From Thermoplasmatota archaeon (GTDB taxonomy: Archaea > Thermoplasmatota > E2 > JACPAO01 > JAHFTW01), in NCBI GenBank assembly GCA_041601615.1, contig JBFIHX010000003.1:128001-192000 (forward strand): a stretch of DNA of 64,000 nt. The letters run 5' to 3'. Each line of letters opens with the position of its first letter. Position 1 is the first letter of the stretch. Shown in pieces: positions 30,350 to 38,619 of this stretch. A model generated the notes under the pieces. It did no database searches. It had not been told where the DNA came from and was given only the letters and a program-made list of their open reading frames with translations. The position numbers and the translations under genes are program-made.

Positions 30350-31867
30350 ATGAGGCGGGCGTCGTGGACCGTTTGCATCGTGCTGGTTCTCTTGCTCGCC
30401 GCTCCTGGCTCCTTGGCTTGGTCGGCTGATCTGCACGCCCGATCCGTCGAGGCCCATGGCAGTTCGAGAACTACAGCGAATCTGCAAGGGCTCTTTTTCG
30501 AGCAGGCCACCGCGGGCGATGCGCGAGGAAACCCCCAGTTCGCCCTGGAAGCCTCGTTTTTGGAAGTGACCGAGGAATACTCCCAGTTCTACGCGCTTGA
30601 CAACATAGTCAACCCCCTAGAGCCCGAACAACGAAGCCTCTACACGGGGCCCGGGCGCATCAAGGGGCTGCAAAACCAAGATGGCTATGCATTGTGGATC
30701 ACGGACGTGGGCCTAACGCCCGCGCGCGTAGAGGTTGAAGAGTCCCGATGCACGAGGCTTGTTCCGTCGGATCACGGTAGCGAGCGCCGATCCTACCACG
30801 TAGCCACGGCCCGCGACGACCTCATCGTGGACACCTCCGATTCCCTCCGGTGGCAGGGCTGCTCCAACGCAACTGTAACGATTCAGGGCGACCTGTCCTT
30901 GACCCTCTGGTACATCGATGCCGCCCTGGAAGGCAACGGCCGATTCATGCGACTGCAAAGTGGCTACGACGTGGATACCATGCCCGACTTTGGCGACCCC
31001 ATCGGAGGCGCTACGAATGCGCGATCGGCACGAGAACACTTCGTGGTGGCCCACAATGCAACCATGACGATTCCGCTGGAGCCCGGCACCTACGAAGCCT
31101 ACCTTCGAGATTCGAGCGTGCGCGGCGGTTCCTTGTTGCTGGTCGAGGCCACCGGTATCCTTGGAGACAATCAAGTATCCGAGGGCAACCTGGAGCTTCG
31201 CGGCGACCTCATGGCGTCGCTCACTTCCAACGCCGAGACCCGTGCCCTGGACGCCAGCATGAACGGCGAATTGGACCGAGCCGAAATGGACGGAGTGCCG
31301 CTTCCGCTTGCCTCCACAAGCATCGCTGCGCCGAAAACCAGTGCCATGCTGCCGTTCCTGCCCTTCCTGTTTGTGCCGCTCCTGGGTTTGGCTCTAGCGT
31401 GGTATGTGGTTCCCCACATCCTGCACGTCCATGTGCGCCGCCACCACCCCGAAGCACGAGCCGCTTCACTGCGCCAGCGCCGCGCTCAAGCGTGGTCTTG
31501 GCTTTCCGACCAAGCGGATGAACGCAGCCACGCATGGACCAGCCTGCTTCTGGCACGCTTTGCCACTTGGAGCCACCCGAACCCGTCGTACCTAGCCCAG
31601 CAAGTCCGGGCCCAGTGCAACCTAGGTCGCGTGGAGGCAGCGCTGCGCACCCATGCCCGCATCGACCGGTGGCTTCAGGGCGACGACCGAAACCGCGCCC
31701 GCAACGCATGGCATGCATACCGCCTGGCCCACCGACACGAGCATCCAGCCGGATCTATCTGGCTGGACCGGTCGCGGCGCTACCACCCAATGGAATTCCT
31801 GGAGTTGTCCAGGGCGTGGCCCACCGCAGTGGGTCGAGACCACGCCCCAGGGATGGGATACGCCTAG
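30350..31867 (+). CDS. Single-pass membrane protein: extracellular beta domain + TM + degenerate TPR (module copy 2, gene B)
   Basis: Signal peptide; VTIQGDLSLTLW..SGY..EHFVVAHNATM; LELRGDL..NGELD.A.MDGVPL; TM; ends GYA. Confidence 0.78.
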   Translation: MRRASWTVCIVLVLLLAAPGSLAWSADLHARSVEAHGSSRTTANLQGLFFEQATAGDARGNPQFALEASFLEVTEEYSQFYALDNIVNPLEPEQRSLYTGPGRIKGLQNQDGYALWITDVGLTPARVEVEESRCTRLVPSDHGSERRSYHVATARDDLIVDTSDSLRWQGCSNATVTIQGDLSLTLWYIDAALEGNGRFMRLQSGYDVDTMPDFGDPIGGATNARSAREHFVVAHNATMTIPLEPGTYEAYLRDSSVRGGSLLLVEATGILGDNQVSEGNLELRGDLMASLTSNAETRALDASMNGELDRAEMDGVPLPLASTSIAAPKTSAMLPFLPFLFVPLLGLALAWYVVPHILHVHVRRHHPEARAASLRQRRAQAWSWLSDQADERSHAWTSLLLARFATWSHPNPSYLAQQVRAQCNLGRVEAALRTHARIDRWLQGDDRNRARNAWHAYRLAHRHEHPAGSIWLDRSRRYHPMEFLELSRAWPTAVGRDHAPGMGYA

Positions 31868-32556
31868 GCCGTGCGAATAGCGAGGTCGTAGCCCGCCGCC
31901 GAGGCTTCCGCGAGTGCCGCTTCCAGGCTTGCTCCGCCTTCGCCCACGTGGACGAGTGTGTTCTGGCAGCAGGAAAGGCCTACGGTGTTGACGACGCCGA
32001 GTGCGAGTTTGCCGGCTTGAATCGCCACGGGTCCGCCCGAATCGCCAGGGGTCACGGGGAATTGGCAGTAGTGCTGGGCACCGTCGTTGTAGGTGAGGGC
32101 TCCAAAGCGGCCTTCACGAGTAGCGGCGGCGTAGCGGTAGCCGGTTCCGTAGCCACTGAATTGGCACACGTCGTCTAGGATCGTGGTGTCGGCTGTGGTG
32201 GCAACACCCTGGGGGTAGCCGGGGTTGCCCTTCATTTCGCCGTCCACGTCGCCCGTGCGGTTGGCGTAGACTTCGATGAGTACGAAATCCAGGCTTGCCG
32301 ATTGCCATGCGACGGTTCCGAAGTTGGCGCTGGGGTCCTTGACGGTGTCTCCGACGCCGCTGACGCAGTGGGCCGCCGTGGTTCCGTACACTTTGCCGGT
32401 GGATTCGTCATCGAAGATCCAGGCGAGGGTACACTGACCCGTGTTGGTCTGGATTTCGATTCCTGGTTGGATGGTGGCTCCCGCGGCACCAGCTACGGGG
32501 CTACCCGTGCCGGCCACGAAGAGAACAAGCGTCACTGCGATGAGCATCGTGCGCAT
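31864..32556 (-). CDS. Secreted trypsin-like serine protease
   Basis: Signal peptide; CTLAW, TAAHC, DFVLI, PGDSGGP. Confidence 0.88.
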   Translation of the reverse strand: MRTMLIAVTLVLFVAGTGSPVAGAAGATIQPGIEIQTNTGQCTLAWIFDDESTGKVYGTTAAHCVSGVGDTVKDPSANFGTVAWQSASLDFVLIEVYANRTGDVDGEMKGNPGYPQGVATTADTTILDDVCQFSGYGTGYRYAAATREGRFGALTYNDGAQHYCQFPVTPGDSGGPVAIQAGKLALGVVNTVGLSCCQNTLVHVGEGGASLEAALAEASAAGYDLAIRTA

Positions 32557-32679
32557 GTGGGGCCGATGCAACTCGCTCGAAATAAGCAGTGTAGCGGCGG
32601 ACCCAATCTGATGAGGAAGGAAAGGGAGAGAACCGGCCGGGAAAGTATGGCCGGGGACGAGGTTTGCTTCAGGCCGGGA

Positions 32680-34098
32680 TCAAGCGATGCCGAAACCGTG
32701 CTTCAACTCGTGCCAGAGCATGTTCCATCCGGCGTCATCGGCCCAGAATTCGAGGTTGCCCTCGGCGTCCTGGCCCCATAGGCCTCCGAAGAAGAACACT
32801 ACGAGAATCGCCACGGGCGTGATGGTGCGCATCAACCAAACGAAGTAGATCCCGACGCGACTCTTGAGGCCCGAGTCCAGTTCCTTGCCGACGCCCTTGG
32901 CCATCCACCCTGCAAAGAAGGTGGTGAACGCCACACCGACGACGATGAAGACGTTGATGGCGATCTCGTCGTACAAGGTGAGCCAGGTTTCGTTGACGGC
33001 GGCAAGCACACCAAAGGTGTAGGTGACAAGGCCGACGGTGACGGCGCTCTTCCAGCGTGGCAAGCCCATGTTGTCGATGAGGACCGCCACCGGGACCTCT
33101 AGGAGGCTGATGGCGCTGCTGAGCGCTGCAAAGAACAGGCCCAAGAAGAACACGGTGCCGACGACGCGGCCCAGCACGTCGCCCATTTGCACGAATGCGT
33201 TGGGCAGGGCGATGAAGGCGGTGCCGAAGCTGCCGCCAAGAGCGCCTTGAATCGCGGGGTCGGTGCTGGTGAGCAAGCCGGTGAAGGCGAGGACCGGGAA
33301 GATCATCATGCCAGCTAGGACCGCGACGCCGGTGTCGGCGAAGGCGATGATGGTGCCGTTCTTGGCAACACTTTGCTTCTTGTCCATGTAGCTGGCGTAG
33401 GTGAGCATCGCTCCTTGACCAAGGCTCAGCGAGAAGAACACCTGGCCCGTCGCGGCGGCGATGTTGTTGGGGCTGAGTTCGCCAAAGTCCGGCTTGAAGA
33501 TCTCGCGGTAGCCATCAATGGCGCCGGGTTGGAACGCGGCGTAGATGGCGATGCCGGCGACGATGGCAAACAACGCGGGCATGATGATCATGTTGACGCG
33601 TTCGATGCCGCCGCTGACGCCACGACTGACCACGTAGACGGTGATCACGGTGACGACGAGGTGCCAGAAGATGGACCAGGGGCCGTAGGCGATTTGGTTG
33701 TAGTACCCGGAGGGGTCGTCGAACCAGGCGCCGGTGAAGCCGGTGAAGAAGTAGCGCAGGGTCCAGCCGGCGATGACCGTGTAAAAGAACAACACGAACA
33801 TGGCCGCGAGGACGCCGAAGACGCCGAGGACGGCCCATTTGCGTCCGTTTGCGCCGCCCAGTTTGCGGAAGGCGTTGACGGGACTCATTTGGGTCATCTT
33901 GCCGAGGCTCATCTCACCAAGGATGGCGGGAAGGCCGACGAGCAAGAGGAGAATCAGGTAGACGAAGAGGAAAGCTGCGCCGCCGTTGCCCGCAAGTTCA
34001 CGGGGGAAGCGCACAAGGTTGCCAAGGCCGACGGCGGAACCGACGGCGGCCATGATGAAGCCAAAGCTGCTGTTCCAGCTGCCGCGTGCTCCGGCCAT
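32680..34098 (-). CDS. Sodium-dependent transporter, NSS/SNF family
   Basis: W.S..GFI.AA.GSAVGLGN..RFP, NGG.AF, QVFFSLS.G.G, AALSSAISLLE. Confidence 0.95.
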   Translation of the reverse strand: MAGARGSWNSSFGFIMAAVGSAVGLGNLVRFPRELAGNGGAAFLFVYLILLLLVGLPAILGEMSLGKMTQMSPVNAFRKLGGANGRKWAVLGVFGVLAAMFVLFFYTVIAGWTLRYFFTGFTGAWFDDPSGYYNQIAYGPWSIFWHLVVTVITVYVVSRGVSGGIERVNMIIMPALFAIVAGIAIYAAFQPGAIDGYREIFKPDFGELSPNNIAAATGQVFFSLSLGQGAMLTYASYMDKKQSVAKNGTIIAFADTGVAVLAGMMIFPVLAFTGLLTSTDPAIQGALGGSFGTAFIALPNAFVQMGDVLGRVVGTVFFLGLFFAALSSAISLLEVPVAVLIDNMGLPRWKSAVTVGLVTYTFGVLAAVNETWLTLYDEIAINVFIVVGVAFTTFFAGWMAKGVGKELDSGLKSRVGIYFVWLMRTITPVAILVVFFFGGLWGQDAEGNLEFWADDAGWNMLWHELKHGFGIA

Positions 34099-34099
34099 G

Positions 34100-34693
34100 C
34101 TAGAGGTTCTCCAGCTCGGGGGTCGCGGCGGAGGCTGCGTACACGCTGAACGTTGGGGTCACGGTGGAAGTGAAACTGTAGCTGACCACACCCGGAATCG
34201 CTTGCAGCGGGTCGTTGGGCGTGCTCGCTGTGACGGTCACGGTGAGGGGGGTGGTCCATTCCATGGTCTCGTCGACGTTGTCGAGGTTGGCGACGCGGGC
34301 GGCCGGGGCGCTGGCCCAGGAGAACATGTCTACGGGCACGCTCATGGTGCCGCTGTTGGCGTTGGGCCCGATGCTCATGGTGCCGGTGTGGCGCATGCTC
34401 GTGCCGTTGGGGCCCGTGATGTCGATTTGAATCTGCGACGTGCCACCTTGGCCACTTTGGCCGGTGAAGTCTACGACTACGGCGAGCGAGGCGCCGGTTG
34501 CGTTGTTGGGGACGGCAAAGGAGAACGAGGCTCCATTGGCGCCGGTCTGGGACGCTGCGGTCATGTTGCTGGCCAAGAACACGATGTCTTGTTCCCCGGC
34601 CAAGTCTTCATAGAACACGACGCCCACCACCGTGGCAATCAGCGCTACCGCACCGACCACGGCGATGACTGCGTCCACCTTCTGCATTGCCAT
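34100..34693 (-). CDS. Membrane-anchored exported hypothetical protein, coupled to the NSS transporter gene
   Basis: N-terminal TM VDAVIAVVGAVALIATVVGVVF, beta-rich domain; stop 1 nt before the transporter start. Confidence 0.72.
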   Translation of the reverse strand: MAMQKVDAVIAVVGAVALIATVVGVVFYEDLAGEQDIVFLASNMTAASQTGANGASFSFAVPNNATGASLAVVVDFTGQSGQGGTSQIQIDITGPNGTSMRHTGTMSIGPNANSGTMSVPVDMFSWASAPAARVANLDNVDETMEWTTPLTVTVTASTPNDPLQAIPGVVSYSFTSTVTPTFSVYAASAATPELENL

Positions 34694-34792
34694 CAGGCCA
34701 CGACCATGCTGAAGAAGGTATAAGGGCAGCGGCGCCCGCGCTTGAGCGATGCGACGCGCAACGACCATACCCTCCGGCGGCTCTGGGGCTGT

Positions 34793-36856
34793 GTGTCGGT
34801 GTCGGTTCCGTACATCAAGGCTGAGCGAAGCTTGAAGGAGTTGACCCTCAAAGGTGTCCTTCTCGGTGTCTTTCTTTCGGTAATTCTGGGCGCTGCGAAC
34901 ACCTATCTTGGACTCAAGGTGGGCTTGACGGTGTCGGCCAGCATTCCGGCTGCCGTCGTGAGCATGGCGGTGCTGCGCGCCTTCCGCAACAGCAACATCC
35001 TCGAAAACAACGCCGTGCAGACTGCCGCAAGCGCTGGCGAGTCCCTGGCCGCGGGTGTCCTCTTCACCATTCCCGCCCTGCTGTTGCTTGGCTACTGGAC
35101 CGAAGTCCACTACATGGAAACCACCATCGTCGCCTTGCTTGGAGGTATCCTTGGTGTCCTGTTCACGGTCCCCTTGCGCCGTGCGCTCATCGTCGAGGCC
35201 GAGCTGCATTTTCCAGAAGGCGTCGCCACCTCTGAGGTGCTGAAATCCGGCGCCCCGGACGCCACGGCCGAAGCGGAACTTGCCCTAGGCCAAGACGAGG
35301 ATCATCCGCGCCTCAACCCCGGCGTCATCGCGCTCATTTTGGGTGCCGTGACGGGCCTCGTCTACAAATTCATGCAATCGGGCATGAAGATGTGGACCGA
35401 TACCGCTCAGTTTGCCGGCAAATTCCGAGGCCAAGGCATCTACGCCTTCGGCAGTGACCTGAGCCCAGCACTCCTGGGTGTCGGCTACATCGTCGGCCTG
35501 CGGATCGCCAGCCTTGTCTTTTTGGGCGGTGTCATTGGCTGGGCCATCGCGATTCCGATCTTCAGCGCCACCGCCGGTTCGACGCTGCTGAACCACCCCG
35601 ACCTTGGAACACTCGACTGGACAACACTTTCCGCCGGAGACGCCGCCGGCCTCATCTGGAGCACCCAAATCCGCTACCTGGGCGTCGGCGCCATGCTCGT
35701 GGGCGGCCTCTGGTCGCTCGTGAAACTTCGCAAGCCCTTGGGCCAAGCGCTCATGCAGGGCTTTTCGGCGGCTCGCAGCAACGATTTTGGCGAGGGCGAC
35801 GGGACTCCCGTGGAGGTGCCACGAACCGAGCGCGAATTCGGCATCGGACCCACCTTCCTTGGGGTACTGGGCATGGTGTTTCCTATCTTCGGCCTTTACT
35901 GGTACGTTACCGAGAGCATCGCCATCGCGGCCGTCATGGCGCTCCTGATGGTCGTGACGGGCTTCCTGTTCTCGGCCGTGGGCGCCTACATGGCCGGCAT
36001 CGTAGGCAGCAGCAACAACCCCATCAGCGGAGTCACGATTCTCACAGTGCTCGCCTCGGCCTTCACGCTCCGGTTCCTCGGCATCGACTCCACCATCGGC
36101 CCCGCCGCCACCATCCTCGTGGCCGCCGTCATCGCCTGTGCCGGCGCCATCGCCAGCGACAACATGCAGGACCTGAAGGCGGGCCACTTGTTGGGCTCCA
36201 CACCCCGCAAGCAGCAATTCATGCAAATCGTCGGTGTCAGCGCCGCCGCCCTCGTCGTGGCTCCCGTACTGCAAATTCTGCACAACGCCTACACCATCGG
36301 CAGCGCAGACCTAGCCGCTCCGCAAGCAAGCCTCATGCGGTTCGTTGCGGAGGCGATCTTCGGCACCGGCCCCGCCTTGCCGCAAGTGCTGATTCTGCTT
36401 GGCGCCCTTCTGGCGCTCGTGCTCATCATCACGGACGAGTTGTTGCAAAAGTTCGACGCGCCGTTCGGCACCCCGGTCATGCCGGTCGCAGTGGGCATCT
36501 ACCTGCCCGTGGGCCTCTCGGCGCCCATCTTCCTTGGCGGCCTGCTTGCATGGGCCTCTGCCTCCGCCTACAACCGCCGCGCGGGAAAGGAATCGCACGG
36601 ACGAGGAGCGACCTGGTGGGATACGGTCAGCACGCACGGCAACCGCATGGGCATCCTGTTTTCCAGCGGCCTCATCGCCGGTGAAGCACTCGTGGGCATC
36701 GCACTCGCAGCCATCATCGTCAGCGGCGGCGACGAGGCGATTGCCATCAGCGACCAAAGCCTCGTCTGGCCCGGCCTACTGATGTTCGGCTTTGTCCTGC
36801 TGCTGCTCGGCTACCTCTCGCGTCGCAGCGAATTCGAAGCCAAGAGCCAAATCTAG
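34793..36856 (+). CDS. Oligopeptide transporter, OPT family
   Basis: ELT, NTYLGLKVGLTVSASIPAAV, ENN.VQT.ASAGE, FPEG.A, GSSNNPISG, QDLKAG, APQA, SGLIAGEAL; start approximate. Confidence 0.95.
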   Translation: MSVSVPYIKAERSLKELTLKGVLLGVFLSVILGAANTYLGLKVGLTVSASIPAAVVSMAVLRAFRNSNILENNAVQTAASAGESLAAGVLFTIPALLLLGYWTEVHYMETTIVALLGGILGVLFTVPLRRALIVEAELHFPEGVATSEVLKSGAPDATAEAELALGQDEDHPRLNPGVIALILGAVTGLVYKFMQSGMKMWTDTAQFAGKFRGQGIYAFGSDLSPALLGVGYIVGLRIASLVFLGGVIGWAIAIPIFSATAGSTLLNHPDLGTLDWTTLSAGDAAGLIWSTQIRYLGVGAMLVGGLWSLVKLRKPLGQALMQGFSAARSNDFGEGDGTPVEVPRTEREFGIGPTFLGVLGMVFPIFGLYWYVTESIAIAAVMALLMVVTGFLFSAVGAYMAGIVGSSNNPISGVTILTVLASAFTLRFLGIDSTIGPAATILVAAVIACAGAIASDNMQDLKAGHLLGSTPRKQQFMQIVGVSAAALVVAPVLQILHNAYTIGSADLAAPQASLMRFVAEAIFGTGPALPQVLILLGALLALVLIITDELLQKFDAPFGTPVMPVAVGIYLPVGLSAPIFLGGLLAWASASAYNRRAGKESHGRGATWWDTVSTHGNRMGILFSSGLIAGEALVGIALAAIIVSGGDEAIAISDQSLVWPGLLMFGFVLLLLGYLSRRSEFEAKSQI

Positions 36857-36918
36857 ACAGAGCCAAGCGCTGGTCTGCTTCCCTTACCCTCTTCACCCAC
36901 CCCGGCCTCGCCGACTCC

Positions 36919-37251
36919 GTGTCCGAGCGGATTCCTGACGTGAGCGCCCGCATCGCCGAGCGTGCCGACGTGCCATGGAGCACCGCCGAGGACGGCCGCG
37001 TGCAGGTTCAGAAATCCAAATTCGGCCCCGCCGGCTCCAGGCTGTTGAAGGCGTTTCGAGTGCCGCCCGTGTTGACGGTGAAACTCGACGCCCTGGGCAG
37101 CGAACTCTGGACCCTGATGGACGGAAAACGCACCGTGGCAGACCTTCTCGCCGCATTGCACGAAACGCATCCGGATGAGGCGGACCTGCCGGCACGACTG
37201 GGCAAGTTCCTCTCGACCATGGTCAGCAACGACCTGGTGCAGTTGCGTTAG
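36919..37251 (+). CDS. PqqD-family (RiPP recognition element-like) protein
   Basis: LDALGSELWTLMDGKRTVADL...FL..M. Confidence 0.82.
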   Translation: MSERIPDVSARIAERADVPWSTAEDGRVQVQKSKFGPAGSRLLKAFRVPPVLTVKLDALGSELWTLMDGKRTVADLLAALHETHPDEADLPARLGKFLSTMVSNDLVQLR

Positions 37252-37255
37252 GCGC

Positions 37256-37915
37256 TTATTCCTGTGCCGAGCCGCAGGTGCGGAACCAGGCGTGGATCTC
37301 AAACACGGCAAACGAGAAGCTGTTCGTGCGCGTATCCTTGTCCTTGTTGGGCTCGTGGTGCCAGATCAGCTGGATGCCTTCCGGCGCCGGCTCCGCTTCC
37401 GGTTGCGAAAGCACCACGCGGTACGAGGGGAAATCGCCGGCTTCGGAGGTCTTGTTCGTGCCGTCCTTGAAGTCCAGGATAGACGCGTACCGGCCCGTGG
37501 ACATATCCAAAAACAGCAGCGGTCGGCCACTCTCGCTTTGCACCGACAACCTGCTGTCCACATCCTGGGTGTAGATCAGATCAAAGGTGAACTCGTAGAA
37601 ATCCACGGGGTACTCGCCACGAAGCATGACGCCGCCCGGGCTGCCCGGAGTGATGGGGCGCGACACCGTGTCTTCCTTCGGCCAAGAGCCACTCCCTTCG
37701 GGGCCGCTTGTGTTGTTCCACATGTGGAAGGAGCGCGTGGAAAGAGCCGCCGGCTGCACGGATCGACCACTATCGTCCAGCGAAGTAAACAGCGTCCACG
37801 AAGGACACGAACCCACGAAGGGGTCCGGTGTGCCCGTGTCGTTGCCGCCGATACAACCGGCAAGCGCTAGACTCATCAAGAGCACGGAAAGAAACGACAC
37901 GAGGCGCGAGCGCAT
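37256..37915 (-). CDS. Hypothetical lipoprotein (paralog of 37992-38498)
   Basis: LAGC lipobox; DPFVGSCPSW ... WFRTCG. Confidence 0.78.
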   Translation of the reverse strand: MRSRLVSFLSVLLMSLALAGCIGGNDTGTPDPFVGSCPSWTLFTSLDDSGRSVQPAALSTRSFHMWNNTSGPEGSGSWPKEDTVSRPITPGSPGGVMLRGEYPVDFYEFTFDLIYTQDVDSRLSVQSESGRPLLFLDMSTGRYASILDFKDGTNKTSEAGDFPSYRVVLSQPEAEPAPEGIQLIWHHEPNKDKDTRTNSFSFAVFEIHAWFRTCGSAQE

Positions 37916-37991
37916 ATGCGTTGATTCGGCGTCTCTGCTTTTGGGGGTTTTGGTCGTATCGGCGACGAGCTAGCTCCCGCACATCGAGGGA

Positions 37992-38498
37992 CTAGTCGGC
38001 CTTTTCGAGCACCGCACCACAGACCCGGTACCACGCGGACCCAGTCACTTGGACCTCGCCGGAACCTTCCATCATGAGCACAATGGCGCTCGGGTCCGGC
38101 GCCGTACCGTGCTGGATTGCCGTCAGATACACCGAGACCGTCGCCTGGCCGTCCACCACGAGGCTCGGGCGGCTGTCGGGTTCCTTCGCCAAGGCATCGC
38201 GCACCAGCAGCGACCGCCCCAGCTCCGTTTGCACGCGAATCGTCACCGGGTTCGCCGTTTCTACATCCAGGACGTACAAGTCCAACGGGAATCCATGGTG
38301 CGAGGCGACCAGCGAACCATTTTCGGCGCGCGGCGCCAGCAATAGTGAGCCATGCTGCTCCAGTGTGGCGTTGCCCGACACGGCGGGGCCCTCCATCCAC
38401 TGTGGGCACACATCAAACAACGGGTTGTCGGGCTTCTCCTCCTCGGCCACACATCCGGCAAACAGAACCATGACCAACAGGGAAACAAGCAGGCGCAC
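37992..38498 (-). CDS. Hypothetical lipoprotein (paralog of 37256-37915)
   Basis: FAGC lipobox; NPLFDVCPQW ... WYRVCG. Confidence 0.78.
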   Translation of the reverse strand: MRLLVSLLVMVLFAGCVAEEEKPDNPLFDVCPQWMEGPAVSGNATLEQHGSLLLAPRAENGSLVASHHGFPLDLYVLDVETANPVTIRVQTELGRSLLVRDALAKEPDSRPSLVVDGQATVSVYLTAIQHGTAPDPSAIVLMMEGSGEVQVTGSAWYRVCGAVLEKAD

Positions 38499-38619
38499 GA
38501 CCGTGGCACTCCAAGGGTCGTCATAAAGACCCGACAAGGGAGGCAGGCCACCCACCACGACCGCGCGGATTCGAAGGTCGTCCCACGCTCCCTTTTATTC
38601 CGTGCAAACACCTCGCCCC

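Noticed and set aside
36919-37251. PQQ or RiPP biosynthetic cluster
   Set aside because: No pqqA/B/C/E, radical SAM enzyme or precursor adjacent
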